Assembly: GCA_039586795.1 (NCBI GenBank)
Contig: JBDHJS010000009.1
Span: 37,349-101,348 of the forward strand
Origin: Gemmatimonadota bacterium
GTDB taxonomy: Bacteria; Gemmatimonadota; Gemmatimonadetes; Palauibacterales; KS3-K002
Direction: 5' to 3'
Length of the DNA stretch: 64,000 nucleotides
Made by a program: the position numbers and the translations under genes. Of this stretch, positions 17,737 through 26,879 are shown piece by piece (within the stretch, counting starts at the first letter, position 1; every line of letters begins with the position of its first letter). A model generated the notes under the pieces. It was not told where the DNA came from. It did no database searches and saw nothing but the letters and a program-made list of their open reading frames with translations.

Positions 17737-19101
17737 GTGAAGGTACTTGTAGTAGACGACGAAGCCGGAGTGCGCCGCACTCTGTCAATGATCCTCGAAG
17801 ACGAGGGCTATCAAGTCATCTCCGCCTCCGACGGCAGGGAAGGGCTGGAGCGCGCCCTCAAAGAGGAGCCCGATCTCATCCTGTGCGACATCCGCATGCC
17901 GCGCATGGACGGCCTCGAGTTCCTAGAGGAATACCGAAAGAACAACGGCGATGCCCTAGTCATCACGATCACCGCCTACGGCAGCAACGAGCTGGCTGTG
18001 GAAGCGATGCAAAAAGGCGCCTACGACTATCTGCCCAAGCCGTTCACCACGGCGGAGGTCGTGCTGACGCTCCGCAAAGCTGAAGAACGCGAGAAGCTCC
18101 GCCGCGAAGTGAAGCGGCTGCGCAAAGCGGTCAAGGCGGATCACAGGTACCCGGAGATCGTGGCGAAGAGCGCCGGCATGCGGGAAGCGCTGGAGCTGGC
18201 CACCAAGGTCGCCCAACATCCATCCACCGTCTTGATCACGGGTGAGAGCGGAACCGGAAAAGAACTGATCGCCCGCCTAATCCACGATGCAAGCCCGCGC
18301 GCCGAACGACCTTTCGTGCCCATCAACTGTGGCGCGATTCCCGAGAACCTCCTCGAGTCAGAGCTGTTCGGGCACGTCAAGGGCGCGTTCACCGGTGCCC
18401 ACGTCGATCGAGGCGGCCTGTTTGAGGAAGCGGACGGCGGAACGCTGTTCCTGGACGAAATCGGCGAGCTGCCTTCGCAGCTTCAGGTGAAGTTGCTCCG
18501 GGCCCTGCAGGAAGGCGAGATCAGGCGCGTCGGCGACAGCACTTCGCGCAAGGTCGATGTGCGTTTGGTGTGCGCCACCGCCCGTGACCTGGAACAGGAA
18601 GTCAGGGACAACACCTTCCGCTCGGACCTCTACTATCGAGTCAATGTCGTACGGATTCACCTGCCGCCGTTGCGACAGCGGACCGAGGACATTCCGCCGC
18701 TCACCCGTCACTTCATCGAGCGGTTCGCCAAACAACTCGGCATCAACGTGAACGGCTTCGAGCCTTCGGCGATGAAGGCCTTGCTGGCTCACCCATGGTA
18801 CGGCAATGTTCGGCAGCTGGAGAACGTGGTCGAGCGCGCCATGGTGTTGGCGGAAGGATCGACGATAAGCGCCGTTGATCTTCCGGACTTTATCCGTCAT
18901 CCGGAAACCTCGGTCGAGGGCCCGGCGGACGCGTTGCCGGCTGATGAGCTCTCGATCAAGAAGCAGGCGGCCGATCTCGAGCGCCGGCTGATCAGCCGTG
19001 CCCTTCAGGTAACGGATGGGAACCGTACCAAAGCGGCGGAGCTTCTCGATCTCAGCTACCGAGCTCTGCTGTACAAGATCCGCGACTATGGCCTCGACTG
19101 A
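17737..19101 (+). CDS. Sigma54-dependent response regulator (PilR2-like by position)
   Basis: VDDE/CDIRMP receiver, GESGTGKE, GAFTGA, HTH LSYRALLYKI. Confidence 0.9.
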   Translation: MKVLVVDDEAGVRRTLSMILEDEGYQVISASDGREGLERALKEEPDLILCDIRMPRMDGLEFLEEYRKNNGDALVITITAYGSNELAVEAMQKGAYDYLPKPFTTAEVVLTLRKAEEREKLRREVKRLRKAVKADHRYPEIVAKSAGMREALELATKVAQHPSTVLITGESGTGKELIARLIHDASPRAERPFVPINCGAIPENLLESELFGHVKGAFTGAHVDRGGLFEEADGGTLFLDEIGELPSQLQVKLLRALQEGEIRRVGDSTSRKVDVRLVCATARDLEQEVRDNTFRSDLYYRVNVVRIHLPPLRQRTEDIPPLTRHFIERFAKQLGINVNGFEPSAMKALLAHPWYGNVRQLENVVERAMVLAEGSTISAVDLPDFIRHPETSVEGPADALPADELSIKKQAADLERRLISRALQVTDGNRTKAAELLDLSYRALLYKIRDYGLD

Positions 19102-19194
19102 ACGCGGCCCTTAGCCGCCATCGCCATGATGCGCTGAGGTTCGTTTCCGCTCCGTTGACCATCTGTTGATACTCACCTCTCATCGTGCCAGGTG

Positions 19195-19659
19195 ATGAGA
19201 GGTTTTTCTTTTGTTGAGCTCGTATCCATCGTCGCCATCCTGGCGCTGCTGGCCCTGATCGCGCTGCCCGCCCTCGCTCGCTCACGTGCTCGGGCTAACG
19301 TGACCGCCGCAAAGAACGCTTTTGCGGCCACCCTCGCCCTCGCCCGCCAGTCCGCAGTCCAGTATGGCCGGCTGGCTCGCCTTCACCTCGATCCGGAGAT
19401 CAACGCGTTCTGGGTGACGGTCGACACCGGGACATTTCTGAACGCCCCCCGTATCGACACCGTCGGTCCGCTGATCGGCGTGACTGACCGTTTCGGCGGT
19501 GTCGAGATCGACGCTACCGACGTCACGATATGCTTCGATCCGCGCGGCCTGGCTACGCCCAGGGCGGACTGCGACCTGCCGAATACAACCATCGTGTTCA
19601 GGCGCGGTAACGCGGTGGACACGGTCACCCTGTCGAGACTTGGGAGGTTGCGAAGGTGA
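19195..19659 (+). CDS. Minor pilin, FimU/FimT (GspH-like)
   Basis: MRG|FSFVELVSIVAIL signal; ICFDPRG and TLSRLGR C-terminal pattern. Confidence 0.75.
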   Translation: MRGFSFVELVSIVAILALLALIALPALARSRARANVTAAKNAFAATLALARQSAVQYGRLARLHLDPEINAFWVTVDTGTFLNAPRIDTVGPLIGVTDRFGGVEIDATDVTICFDPRGLATPRADCDLPNTTIVFRRGNAVDTVTLSRLGRLRR

Positions 19660-20000
19660 CGGGTGGCGGGTGCCGATCGGGGTTCACGATCGTCGAGCTG
19701 CTGGTCGCCTTGATGGTGCTTGTGGTCGGCGTGTTGGGGCTGTCGGCGGCGGCTTCAGTCGTCGCATCGAACCTCCGGATCGCGCGTCTCGAGACCCAAG
19801 CTCGCTTCCTCGCCCAGTCGGAGCTTGAACGCGTTCTGGCCGGCGGCTCGGGAGGCGTCAAGACGGTTGATCGCGCTGGCCAATTTCAGGTCGCGGTTGA
19901 CGTCGGTGGCGCTGATCCGCGCCACGTGAGGCTCACCGTCAGCGGCATCGTTGGCTCCGACACGGTGTCGGACACGCTCATCACTCTACTGCCGTGGTGA
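19656..20000 (+). CDS. Minor pilin, PilV-like
   Basis: SG|FTIVELLVALMVLVVGVLGL; second gene of the minor pilin cluster. Confidence 0.75.
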   Translation: MTGGGCRSGFTIVELLVALMVLVVGVLGLSAAASVVASNLRIARLETQARFLAQSELERVLAGGSGGVKTVDRAGQFQVAVDVGGADPRHVRLTVSGIVGSDTVSDTLITLLPW

Positions 20001-20830
20001 TGAGAAGCCGGACATCTCGCGCGCGCGTCGGGTTCTCCCTTGTCGAGATGACAACGGCTCTCCTGGTAGCCGGGTTGGTCGTCGCCTCGATTTCCGCGGT
20101 CTTCGTCAACCAGTGGCGCTTTCATTCGGCGCAAGCTGAGATCGCCCTAACGTACCGTGCCGCCAGCGTGGCCCTCGAGGTGTTGGTCACGGAGCTTCGG
20201 CAGGCTAGCCCGCGCCTTGGCGACATCTACGCCATCGCCAGCGATAGCGTGGCTTTGCGATCCACGACGGGACACGGCGTGATCTGTGATGTGGCCGGTG
20301 ACCGCGTTGGCTTGCGACGGGTGGCAGGGACGTTTGGCGATGGAAGGGCGGACAGCGTGCTCATCTTCATCGAAGGCCGGATAGAGTCGGCGATCGATGA
20401 CAGATGGCAGGTTGTGCCGATTCGGAGCGTCCGAGGCACGGGCCCAGGGCTATGCGCGGACCGTCTCGAGCCCGATCTCTATTTGACGGTGGGCGGCGAT
20501 CTGGCAGGCGTCGAGAAAGGAGCTCCAGTTCGCGGTTTCCGACCCTATACCTATCGATTGTACCTCGCTGCCGATGGCAACTGGTGGTTGGGACAGCGAT
20601 TGCGCGGTGGACGCATCCAGCCGGTCACGGGCCCCTTCCTTAGCCCCGACGAGGGCGGCCTGAGCCTCGAGTATCTGGATCGCGAAAGGGTTAGGACATG
20701 GGACCCTGCGGACTTTGTGCAGGTTGTGATCTCGGTCAGAGCGCGAAGCTTGCGGCCTATCCCTCGAAAGGGGATGCCCGGATTCTTCGTCGATTCCTTG
20801 GCAACCACCGTCTTCTTGAGGAATTCATGA
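20000..20830 (+). CDS. Minor pilin, PilW-like
   Basis: VG|FSLVEMTTALLV signal, ELRQA, C-terminal VFLRN; start may be 19994 or 20000. Confidence 0.75.
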   Translation: MRSRTSRARVGFSLVEMTTALLVAGLVVASISAVFVNQWRFHSAQAEIALTYRAASVALEVLVTELRQASPRLGDIYAIASDSVALRSTTGHGVICDVAGDRVGLRRVAGTFGDGRADSVLIFIEGRIESAIDDRWQVVPIRSVRGTGPGLCADRLEPDLYLTVGGDLAGVEKGAPVRGFRPYTYRLYLAADGNWWLGQRLRGGRIQPVTGPFLSPDEGGLSLEYLDRERVRTWDPADFVQVVISVRARSLRPIPRKGMPGFFVDSLATTVFLRNS

Positions 20831-21972
20831 GGCGTTCGCTGACGGACGAACGGGGAGTGGCCGTCATCGCTGCTGTGGTTACGCTCGTGCTTCTCGGCGC
20901 CGTGGTCTCGGGAAGTCTGGTTCTCGCCGTTCGACAGGCCCGCGGCAGCTCCGGTGGTCTTCAGGCCGCGGCCGCGTTCTACGCCGCCGAAGCGGGTCTC
21001 GCGGCATCACTTCGTGGTTGGGATTGGGAGGCCGCCCGTGCGGCGCAGCCGGGCGTGCCGGTTCTCTTGGCGTCCGGCGAGCTTGCCACGGGAGAGACCT
21101 TCCAAGCGTACATCGCTCGGAATGGAAGCGGAGAGGCCGACAGAGCGCACTATCTGGTAACCTCCACCGGTCGTGCCAACGGCCCGCACGGAGGGCGTCG
21201 AACCGTCGCTTTGCTCCTACGGGAGCCGCTTGACGCCCGCTGGTGCTGTGGCGCAGCTCTGACGGCTGGTTCCCGGGTGAGTGTGGAAGGCGGGGTCATC
21301 CGAGGCGCCTCCGAAGATCCTCTGGGTTGGAGACCCACCTCTGAGGCCTGTGCCGATTCGTCGGTGTTGGGGCCGGGAGTCTTGGCCGGGAGCGGGAGCG
21401 TGGGTGTGTCGAGCGATGGCGTCGTCGAGGGCGCGCCGGCCGTACAGGAACTCGACAAAGGGCTGGATAACCTCATCGAAGAGATCGAGGTGATCTTCGA
21501 GGACCTGGCCGTGAGGAGTGATATCGAGCTACCGCCCGGAGCCCAGCTCCCCAGCCTCGGACCGCTCGTTGACGGCGCCGGCGGCTGCGATACGGAACGA
21601 ACAGGGAATTGGGGCGAACCGCTGGATCCGGATCACCCTTGTTCTGAGTACCTGCCTGTGATTCACTCCGCCGGGGACCTGACGATCGAAACAATCGGGC
21701 GCGGGCAGGGTATCCTATTGGTTGAGGGGGACTTGGCCGTTACTGGCGACTTCGAGTTCCACGGCCTGGTGATCGTTTTGGGCGATCTGCAGATCGAGAA
21801 TGGTCGGATCTCTGGCACCGTCCTGGCCCCAGGGCGCAGATCTACCGTCAGGGTAGGCTTCGGCGGCCAGTTGGGCCTCTCTAAGTGCGGTGTCCGGAGG
21901 GCCCTCCGAGCGGCGAAACTCGTTTCACCGCACCCCCTTGCGCAATTCTCGTGGTTAGAGATATTGGAGTAG
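20827..21972 (+). CDS. Minor pilin, PilX-like
   Basis: ATGA overlap with pilW; ERG|VAVIAA signal lacking E5; AFYAAEAG PilX-N motif; repetitive GILLVEGDL/GLVIVLGDL C-terminus. Confidence 0.75.
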   Translation: MRRSLTDERGVAVIAAVVTLVLLGAVVSGSLVLAVRQARGSSGGLQAAAAFYAAEAGLAASLRGWDWEAARAAQPGVPVLLASGELATGETFQAYIARNGSGEADRAHYLVTSTGRANGPHGGRRTVALLLREPLDARWCCGAALTAGSRVSVEGGVIRGASEDPLGWRPTSEACADSSVLGPGVLAGSGSVGVSSDGVVEGAPAVQELDKGLDNLIEEIEVIFEDLAVRSDIELPPGAQLPSLGPLVDGAGGCDTERTGNWGEPLDPDHPCSEYLPVIHSAGDLTIETIGRGQGILLVEGDLAVTGDFEFHGLVIVLGDLQIENGRISGTVLAPGRRSTVRVGFGGQLGLSKCGVRRALRAAKLVSPHPLAQFSWLEILE

Positions 21973-22012
21973 GGCTGGCCCTGCAGCCCATTACAGAACC
22001 CCCCCGTCGTTG

Positions 22013-22041
22013 TTGACAAAATGACCGCGGGGGGCTATCAT
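22013..22041 (+). promoter_or_regulatory. Sigma70 promoter of pilMNOPQ
   Basis: TTGACA-N17-TATCAT. Confidence 0.75.
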
Positions 22042-22146
22042 ACAGAGCCCTACCCCTAGGTCCCACTACAGCTTAGCAACTTCGGCTTCACCTTCATGTG
22101 AAGTGGAGCGAGCTTTCACCTTAGGAACCTAGACCTTTCGACAATT

Positions 22147-23193
22147 ATGGCCATGCTAGGATTGGGTCGCCGCAAGCGAACCATAGGACTCGACATCGGT
22201 AGCGGCTACGTCAAGCTAGTCGTTATGGACCATGGCAAGGGCCGGCCGCGCATCGTCAAAGCCGCTGCCACGCCCCTGGTCGCCGATGCCATCGTTGAGG
22301 GTGAGGTCATGGATCCCACCCTGGTCGCCAGCACGATACGCTCGCTCTTCGAGGCGGCAGGAGTGAAGGAGAAGAGGGTCGTTACAGCTGTGGGCGGCCG
22401 CGATGTGATCATCAAGCGGATCCAGATGGACCGGATGAAGGAATCGGACGCCCGGGAAGTCATCCGCTGGGAGGCCGAGCAGCACGTGCCGTTCGACATG
22501 GAGAGCGTCGAACTCGATTTCCAGATCCTCGACCCGTTGGACGAAGGTCTGCAGATGACGGTCTTGCTCGTGGCTGCCAAGCGTGAGCTCGTGGAGAACA
22601 AGGTGGCCCTGCTGCTCGACGCCGGTCTCGAACCGGAGATCATCGACGTCGACGCGTTTGCTCTCCATAACGCCTTCGAGTTGAACTACCCAGAGGCCAT
22701 GGCCGGAGTCGTCGGCTTCGTCAACATCGGCCACGAAACCACCAATGTGAATCTGCTGGAGGACGGGGTGCCGGTACTGACCCGGGATCTGGCCTTCGGC
22801 ACGCGGCGGTTGCGTGAGAGCCTCCAGAGAGAGCGTGGCTTGACCGCAGAGGCCGCTGAAGACGTGCTGGAGGGTCGCACCAGCGATCCCGAACTGGAAG
22901 AATTCATCGGGCAGCGCGCCGAGGAAGTGGCATTGGGAGTCGAGCGAGCCGCGGCTTTCTTGCAGGCCAGCTCATCCCAGGCCGGACTGTCTCGGATCTA
23001 CGTCTGTGGTGGCGGCGCCCGCGTCGTCCGCATGGCAGAGGCGCTCGCCGACCGGCTGCAAGTCCCGGCCGAACTGGCCAACCCGGTCCAGAGAGTCGAT
23101 GTGGATCCGGGCGCGTTCGACCTCGTTTCGATCGCAGATATGGGTCCGATGCTCGTACTCCCGGTCGGTCTTGCACTCCGGCGAGCCGCGTGA
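22147..23193 (+). CDS. pilM: Type IV pilus assembly protein PilM
   Basis: IGLDIGS, EAEQHVPF, LLVAAK, VNIGHETT, GGGA, VGLALR. Confidence 0.95.
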   Translation: MAMLGLGRRKRTIGLDIGSGYVKLVVMDHGKGRPRIVKAAATPLVADAIVEGEVMDPTLVASTIRSLFEAAGVKEKRVVTAVGGRDVIIKRIQMDRMKESDAREVIRWEAEQHVPFDMESVELDFQILDPLDEGLQMTVLLVAAKRELVENKVALLLDAGLEPEIIDVDAFALHNAFELNYPEAMAGVVGFVNIGHETTNVNLLEDGVPVLTRDLAFGTRRLRESLQRERGLTAEAAEDVLEGRTSDPELEEFIGQRAEEVALGVERAAAFLQASSSQAGLSRIYVCGGGARVVRMAEALADRLQVPAELANPVQRVDVDPGAFDLVSIADMGPMLVLPVGLALRRAA

Positions 23194-23236
23194 CGCGCAC
23201 AACCAGCTTTGAACTTTATCCGGATGGATACCTGAG

Positions 23237-23905
23237 ATGCTGGCGCTGATTGAGATGAACCTGCTCCCCGGCGGAAAGCGGGGAGTCGCACGGCCGAAGG
23301 GCGGACGGAAGCTATCGCTTCCGAAGTTCGATGGGCTGCAGGATATGGTCAAAGGCGATCCACTGGTCATTCTGGTGATTGCCGGCCTCATCCTGGCCGT
23401 CGCACATCTCGGCTTCACGTTCTTCACCCAGGGTGTGACAGCGGACCAACTCGCCCAAGATCTCGAGGTCCAGCTGCAGGACTCGGTGCGATACGCCGAG
23501 GCAATCCAGGCCGCCGACAGTCTGAGGGCGCGACAGGATACGCTGCAGCAGAGGACACAGGTCATTCAGGAGATCGACGCCGATCGTTATGTCTGGCCGC
23601 ACATCATGGACGAGATCTCGACTTCGCTGCCCGACCACACCTGGTTGACGTCGATACAGCAGACCGGCGGAACGGGAATGGGCATCGAGTTCCGCATTGA
23701 TGGTATGACCGGCCAGACGCCGGCCCTCACGCGCTTCATGCGCGACCTAGAGGGCTCGCCGTTCATTCGTGAGGTCCGCCTCCAGTCGCAGGAACAGATT
23801 CAGCAGGGGCAGACTCTCATTCACAGCTTCGTGTTGTTGGCTCGGTATCAGGCGCCTGATTCGACGGCGATTACCACCGAGCCAATCATCGTTGCAGGGG
23901 GTTAG
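23237..23905 (+). CDS. pilN: Type IV pilus assembly protein PilN
   Basis: IEMNLLP motif, TM, coiled coil, LPDHTWL, FMRDLEGSPF. Confidence 0.9.
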   Translation: MLALIEMNLLPGGKRGVARPKGGRKLSLPKFDGLQDMVKGDPLVILVIAGLILAVAHLGFTFFTQGVTADQLAQDLEVQLQDSVRYAEAIQAADSLRARQDTLQQRTQVIQEIDADRYVWPHIMDEISTSLPDHTWLTSIQQTGGTGMGIEFRIDGMTGQTPALTRFMRDLEGSPFIREVRLQSQEQIQQGQTLIHSFVLLARYQAPDSTAITTEPIIVAGG

Positions 23906-23910
23906 CAGCC

Positions 23911-24522
23911 GTGGCCCTGTTACCAGCTGATCCAAAACAGCGCAAGCAGGCGCTGGTCTTGATGCTATTGGTCGTCGCGGCCATGTGGTGGGCCGGGAGG
24001 ATCTACTTCATCGTTCCGCGCACCGATGACATCAACCGCGACCAGGAACGACTCGAGGCACTCGAAGGGAGAAACCGGCGGGCTCGCATCGAGGCAAATC
24101 AGAGAGACGCTCTCGAAGACCGCATGGCCGTAATGGAGCGCCAACTGCGTGTCTTCGAGGAGTTCATTCCGGACTCCGAAGAGGTGCCTGAGCTTCTCGA
24201 CGCGATCTCACACGAGGCGGCTTTGGTCGGCGTGGAGATGGTCCGCCTTCGCCCGCAGGCCGCGGAGGCCGGCGAGTACTACACGAAACAAACGTGGGAG
24301 CTCGCTGTTCTCGGAGAGTACCACGACATTGGCAGGTTCCTGGCCCGCGTGGCCTCCCTGCCCAGGATCATCAAGCCGGCGAACGTACAGATCTCCCTCG
24401 CCCCTCTCAGTCGTGCGACACGAAACATGGAGGCTCCGCTCGAAGTCTCGCTGGTGATTGAGACCTTCGTGATCGGATCAACTCCGACCACACCAGTAAG
24501 CCAAGGAGCGTCTCGTGGTTAG
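23911..24522 (+). CDS. pilO: Type IV pilus assembly protein PilO
   Basis: IPDSEEVPELL, GEYHDIGRFLARVASLPRII. Confidence 0.9.
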   Translation: MALLPADPKQRKQALVLMLLVVAAMWWAGRIYFIVPRTDDINRDQERLEALEGRNRRARIEANQRDALEDRMAVMERQLRVFEEFIPDSEEVPELLDAISHEAALVGVEMVRLRPQAAEAGEYYTKQTWELAVLGEYHDIGRFLARVASLPRIIKPANVQISLAPLSRATRNMEAPLEVSLVIETFVIGSTPTTPVSQGASRG

Positions 24523-24958
24523 CGCCGCTCTAATACTGGCATCGGCAATCGCCGGCCTGGTGCCCACCCCGCACGCCGCGTCGTTGGCGGTCCAGGACAC
24601 GACGCAAGCGCAGCCAGCCGAAGCGCCGCAGCAGCAAGTTTACCGGCGCGAGACGTTCGTCTACCCGACGGACAATAGACGCAACCCGTTCATCGACTTG
24701 GCTGGCGAGGACGCATCGGGACCGCAGTTCGAGAACCTCGATCTCACTGGAATCATTTTCGGGGGTTCCGCAGGGAGCGTGGCGTCGCTGGTGGATCGCG
24801 CCACTGAAAAACGATACCGCGTGCGCCGCGGAGACATCGTCGGCAACGCGCGGGTAGTTGAGATTCGGCCGGACGAAGTCGTCTTCCAGGTCACTCAGTT
24901 CGGAGTGACACGCAGCGAGACGCTTCGTATCAGGAGACCAGAGGAGGAGCAGGGATGA
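24515..24958 (+). CDS. pilP: PilP-like periplasmic protein
   Basis: RRNPF, LTGII, YRVRRGDIVG; between pilO and pilQ; no obvious lipobox Cys. Confidence 0.75.
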   Translation: MVSAALILASAIAGLVPTPHAASLAVQDTTQAQPAEAPQQQVYRRETFVYPTDNRRNPFIDLAGEDASGPQFENLDLTGIIFGGSAGSVASLVDRATEKRYRVRRGDIVGNARVVEIRPDEVVFQVTQFGVTRSETLRIRRPEEEQG

Positions 24959-26808
24959 TGCTCCACGCATTGATCTTGATGTTGGCAGCGGCTGGCGGTA
25001 GCGAGCCGGCCGCGGTGACCGAACTCCGGGTGGAACCTGTAGCTGGCTACACTGAAGTCGTCGTACGAACCAGTGGTGAGGTCAGCTACTCGGATTTCCT
25101 ACTCACGGAGCCTCCGCGCCTGATCGTCGATCTCAAAGGCGCTCGGCACGCCCTCGGAAGATCCGACTTCGAGGACATCCAGCGCGGCGGCGTCATCCGG
25201 CTCCGCACCAGCCAGTTCCGTGATGATGTCGTGCGTATCGTGGTAGAGTTGACCGAGCCGACCAGCTACACGCTGACCCGACAGGGCGGGGAGATCCGAG
25301 TTTCCTTCCCGAACCCGGAGGGCGCGGTCTTCGATTCGTGGGCCAGCCGCTTGGAACGCGATCCGGTGCCGCCGGCACCGACCGTAGCCGAGGCTCAGCC
25401 GACTCGCGCCGCTCAACAGCAGCAAGAGACTGCGCCCAACGCGACGTTCCGGCAGGAGGCCACGCCGATCAGCCAAATGCCGCGGATCACGGTGACGTTC
25501 GAGAACACCGACATCCGTGACGTGCTGAATAACTTCGCCGACTTCACCGGCAAGTCGTTCGTGCCCGGCGTCGGCGTCGAGGGCGCCATCACGGCCAACA
25601 TCAGGAACCAGCCGTGGGACCTGGCTCTGAAAGCGATCCTCGACGCACAGGGACTGAGCGCCGTCGAGACGGCGACCGGCATCATCCGCGTCGACAAGCT
25701 TGAGAACCTCCAGGAGCGCCAACAGCTGATCCAGCTGCAGACGCAGATCTTCAAGATCAACTATGCGCCTGTGGCTGAGCTTGCGGCGGCGATCGAGCCT
25801 GCAATCTCGGAGCGCGGCCGGGTGATCGCTAACGAGGCGACCAACTCCATCATCGTTACCGACCTTCCCGAAAACGTCCAGATCACGCAGCAGCTCATCA
25901 CCGACCTTGACGTGCGTACGCCCCAGGTCGTGATCTCGGCGAAGATCATCTTCGTCGACCGTAGTGACATCCAGGAGCTGGGAATCTCGTGGGACCTGAA
26001 GGACACCGGCGGAAACCAGCTAAACGAGCTCATCCCGGGCCCAACACTCGACCCGCGTCGCTGGGAGTTGGTCGACTCCAACTTCGACGGCGTACCTGAC
26101 CAGGTCGTCAAGCCGCTGACCACCCAGAACCAGGTCTCGTTCAGCGGCGCCTCTATCGGAGCACTGGCCAACGCCAGAGACCGACTCGTGTTGCCGGCGC
26201 TGCAGCTCCTGACATCGGCTGCTATCGGTGATTTCCGGTTGTTCAACTTCATCGAAGCTCTCGAACGTCAGGACCTGTCAGACATCGTCGCCGCTCCCAC
26301 CATCCAGACGATGGATAACCAGCCGGCCAACATCCTGGTTGGTGAGAAGACGCCCATCCGAGTCGTCGACTATGGCGCTGGCGGTGCGACCGGCATCGGT
26401 GGCGTCCCCGGCCAGGAACAGGCTCAGGCCCAGTTCCCACAGTCGACGGTCCAGTTGGAGGAGACCGGCATCAAGCTCAACGTGACGCCGCACATCACCC
26501 ATGACCGAAGAGTCGTGATGGACCTGCATGCGGAGCGTTCCGGCGTACAGCTCGCTCCCGGCGATATCGGATTCGTCTTCCAGACGCAGGAGGGAACGAC
26601 CCGTCTCATCCTCGAGGACGGCGAAACTGGAGTGATCGGCGGACTGACTGTCAGCGAAGTCTCGGAGACCATTAGCGGCATCCCAATCCTGATGGACCTT
26701 CCCCTCGTCGGCGGACTCTTCCGTACTCGGAAGTCCGATGAAACAAAACAGGATCTGTTGATCCTGGTGACGCCGCACATTGTGGACGACGCGGTCGCAT
26801 CGAACTGA
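24955..26808 (+). CDS. pilQ: Type IV pilus secretin with N-terminal AMIN domain
   Basis: PPRLIVDL AMIN motif, PWDLAL, TNSIIV, PQVVISAKI, TGIKLNVTPHIT, GIPILMDLPLVGGLF. Confidence 0.95.
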   Translation: MMLHALILMLAAAGGSEPAAVTELRVEPVAGYTEVVVRTSGEVSYSDFLLTEPPRLIVDLKGARHALGRSDFEDIQRGGVIRLRTSQFRDDVVRIVVELTEPTSYTLTRQGGEIRVSFPNPEGAVFDSWASRLERDPVPPAPTVAEAQPTRAAQQQQETAPNATFRQEATPISQMPRITVTFENTDIRDVLNNFADFTGKSFVPGVGVEGAITANIRNQPWDLALKAILDAQGLSAVETATGIIRVDKLENLQERQQLIQLQTQIFKINYAPVAELAAAIEPAISERGRVIANEATNSIIVTDLPENVQITQQLITDLDVRTPQVVISAKIIFVDRSDIQELGISWDLKDTGGNQLNELIPGPTLDPRRWELVDSNFDGVPDQVVKPLTTQNQVSFSGASIGALANARDRLVLPALQLLTSAAIGDFRLFNFIEALERQDLSDIVAAPTIQTMDNQPANILVGEKTPIRVVDYGAGGATGIGGVPGQEQAQAQFPQSTVQLEETGIKLNVTPHITHDRRVVMDLHAERSGVQLAPGDIGFVFQTQEGTTRLILEDGETGVIGGLTVSEVSETISGIPILMDLPLVGGLFRTRKSDETKQDLLILVTPHIVDDAVASN

Positions 26809-26879
26809 CGCCTTGAATCGACCGACGGTATTCGGTCGACCGCTTGATGCGACCAGTTTTAAAGTGAGGGAGTGACCAT

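Noticed and set aside
19195..26808. Type II secretion system interpretation
   Set aside because: PilT, PilMNOP, an AMIN-domain secretin and PilSR indicate type IVa pili
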